Shown: piece after piece, positions 61,201 through 63,714 of the stretch
Position numbering within the stretch: position 1 is the first letter of the stretch
Layout: each line of letters begins with the position of its first letter
NCBI RefSeq assembly: GCF_001194135.2
Contig: NC_068998.1
Location: 50,850,932-50,914,645, forward strand
Direction: 5' to 3'
DNA length: 63,714 nt
Origin: Octopus bimaculoides
Lineage: Eukaryota
Notes under the pieces: model-generated
Seen by the model: only the letters and a program-made list of their open reading frames with translations
Databases searched by the model: none
What the model was told of the DNA's origin: nothing
Translations under genes and position numbers: made by a program

Positions 61201-61649
61201 TATATGTATGTATATATACACCTACACACATATGTATACAAGTATCTCAGTGAAAGAGGATAGTAAAGAAATACCTTGTTGTGTTTAACTAGGTCCCTTT
61301 ATGCCAAGGTGGACTTTTCGCTTTCTGCCAGAAGAGCTTCACTTATTACAACACAGACAGGCAAATCACTTGGTGGTCGTGAACATAGAGAGAGCCAAAT
61401 GTAAACCAACTATGTAAACACCATCTTAACGAGAGATAACGAGCAGGAGTAGGGTGCAGTGAGGGGAGGGGGGAGATGGCAACCGTGGTTGTGGTGATGG
61501 TGGTGGTGGTAGTGATGATGGGTCTATTTCCCCTTACATGTAATTCTTTATGTTTATCTGCATGGGCTTGAGACATTAAGATCCACTTTTGAAACATGCT
61601 CCCATGTACTTAAGTATATATACATACTTGTGTGTGTGTATAAATACAT

Positions 61650-61706
<57 letters not shown>

Positions 61707-62257
61707 AACATATGCATAAGCACATACACACATTCGTACAAACATGGAAAAATCTTTTTTTTTTGCATACATAAACACATACATACATACATACATACAT
61801 ACATACAAAGACATACAGACATAGGCACACATTTTCTTGCATACACACAAAAACAATTACGTATACCCACACTATCACATTTAGCTCTTGTACAAATACA
61901 GACACTTTCTCTCATATGGCAAAGCAGTATTTCTCACCCTCTCTCTTTTTCTCCGTCTGTATGCTGAGAGATTGTCTTAGCCCGTTTGACTTTGGACGAT
62001 TGATTTGTATCAGTTTATTTTGGCGATTCAAAGAAGAGCTTTGACTGTTATTTCCAGCAGGTAGACATACTTAGTATGTCCTTTGATTAATTTTAATCCT
62101 TCAGCTATTTAATGCTTTGGCAGGGGCTGCAATCGCCTATATTATTGATGCTGCTATTATCATTTTTAAATTGCTACACTAGATAATAGCAGAGTCAATG
62201 ATATCTTGGCAAATTATTTTCTCATGAATTATTTTTTTCTCGTGAATTACTTGCTCC

Positions 62258-62309
<52 letters not shown>

Positions 62310-62505
62310 GTGTGATTGTGTGGTAAGAAGCTGGCATTTCAACCACATAGCTTTGGGTTCAGTCCCACTGCATAACATCTTGGATGAGTGTGAGTGGGAA
62401 AATATAATCAGTACAAGGTGTTGATGTGGCTGCATGTATGTTATTATAAGAGTTCATAAAGAGATGAAGAATAAATTCATATGTATGTATATACATATGT
62501 ATAAG

Positions 62506-62558
<53 letters not shown>

Positions 62559-62819
62559 GGATAGATAGATAGACAGACAGATAGAGTAAGGGAATACAGA
62601 AAATAAGGGCTAAGGGGGGATGGGGTTTCAAGATGTGCAATAGAAATATAGTTTTAAAAGTGAGTTGATGAAGATGAGTTTATTGGAAGATGCACAGGAC
62701 TTGAAAGTAATTTGATTCACAGACATTCACAGGATGGAATGGTTCCTAGCAGACAGCAGATTCACCTGGTAGATTCGCTTGCATTAAATAATATTAAATT
62801 CTCTCTCTCCTTTTCTTCA

Positions 62820-62829
62820 ACTCTCTCTC

Positions 62830-62903
<74 letters not shown>
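62820..62903. repeat. (CT)n microsatellite
   Basis: Direct reading. Confidence 0.95.
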
Positions 62904-62906
<3 letters not shown>

Positions 62907-63659
62907 CACATACACATAAATATATATGAAATATACAGAAATATAGACATAGACACATGCATACAAAACAAAAGTCAGAAGAAAATGTATACTATTCATC
63001 ATCATCCACATCTACACTAACAAATAAGATGAAAAATCACTCAATACACAATTAATGTGTAATAATCTATAATAATAACGAGATTCTTCGTCCTTCTCTT
63101 ATTATGCTGAGTCCCAGGAGTATCTTGCATGACCAGCAAGCAATCTTAGAGAGTGGAAACTGGCTGAATCATAAACAAGTCAGAGAAAAATGCTTTACAG
63201 AAATTCTTCCAATGCTTTACATTCTGGGTTCAAATTTCACCCAGGTTGCTTATACTGATCACTCTTTCAGGATTGATAAAATAATGTATCAGTCAAGTAC
63301 AAGGGTTGATACAATCAATTTGGCCCACCCTCAAAGATTGCTGGCTTTGGGCCAAGATTAGAATACATTACACACACACACACATATATTTTGATGTTTG
63401 TTTTTATGTTCAGTTACAAAATTAACAACTTTACTTTAATCTGATGGGTTACTCTATACTTTTGTGTTTGTATGTATATATATAGATACATATATATATA
63501 TATATATNNNNNNNNNNNNNNNNNNNNNNNNNNNNNNNNNNNNNNNNNNNNNNNNNNNNNNNNNNNNNNNNNNNNNNNNNNNNNNNNNNNNNNNNNNNNN
63601 NNNNNNNNNNNNNGAATGTTTTTTCACATGCCACCGGCACAAGTGCCAGTAAGGCGACA

Positions 63660-63693
<34 letters not shown>

Positions 63694-63714
63694 TGTTAGG
63701 AAGGGCATGTTGGC

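Noticed and set aside
176-63708. Long ORFs in the supplied track (poly-I, YIYI, HTHT, LSLS, poly-X)
   Set aside because: They are translations of microsatellites, N gaps or SINE sequence, with no domain-like content.

Overview
Eukaryotic, AT-rich, repeat-saturated draft-assembly DNA with roughly 5 kb of N gaps. The SINE families, microsatellite load and TTAGGG motif point to an octopod cephalopod (Octopus-like); this is recognition of repeat families, not a database result. No complete protein-coding gene, rRNA, true tRNA or CRISPR array is supportable. Nearly all supplied ORFs are translations of microsatellites, N gaps or SINEs. The window reads as a large intron or intergenic tract. It holds dozens of tRNA-derived SINEs (families labelled A, B, C and E here), relics of mariner, DD41D Tc1/mariner, RTE and CR1-group elements, piggyBac-like and Tc1-like MITEs, a tandem pair of Helentron-type elements, and Penelope-like remnants with hammerhead ribozyme cores. 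Most striking is a young 596-bp element at 28356-28951 (perfect 37-bp TIRs, 8-bp TSD, Merlin-like GG...CC ends). Its centre is a perfect 88-bp spacer-less palindrome of telomeric repeats, (CCCTAA)7/(TTAGGG)7, in the orientation opposite to a chromosome-fusion scar. Other leads are a near-canonical type I hammerhead (45045-45107), a highly structured island with hammerhead-like topology (19609-19901), an internally inverted DD41D transposase relic, (TA)n fold-back SINE junctions, a strong strand bias of one SINE family, and two weak exon candidates. Coordinates of degraded repeats are approximate (+/-10-20 bp).
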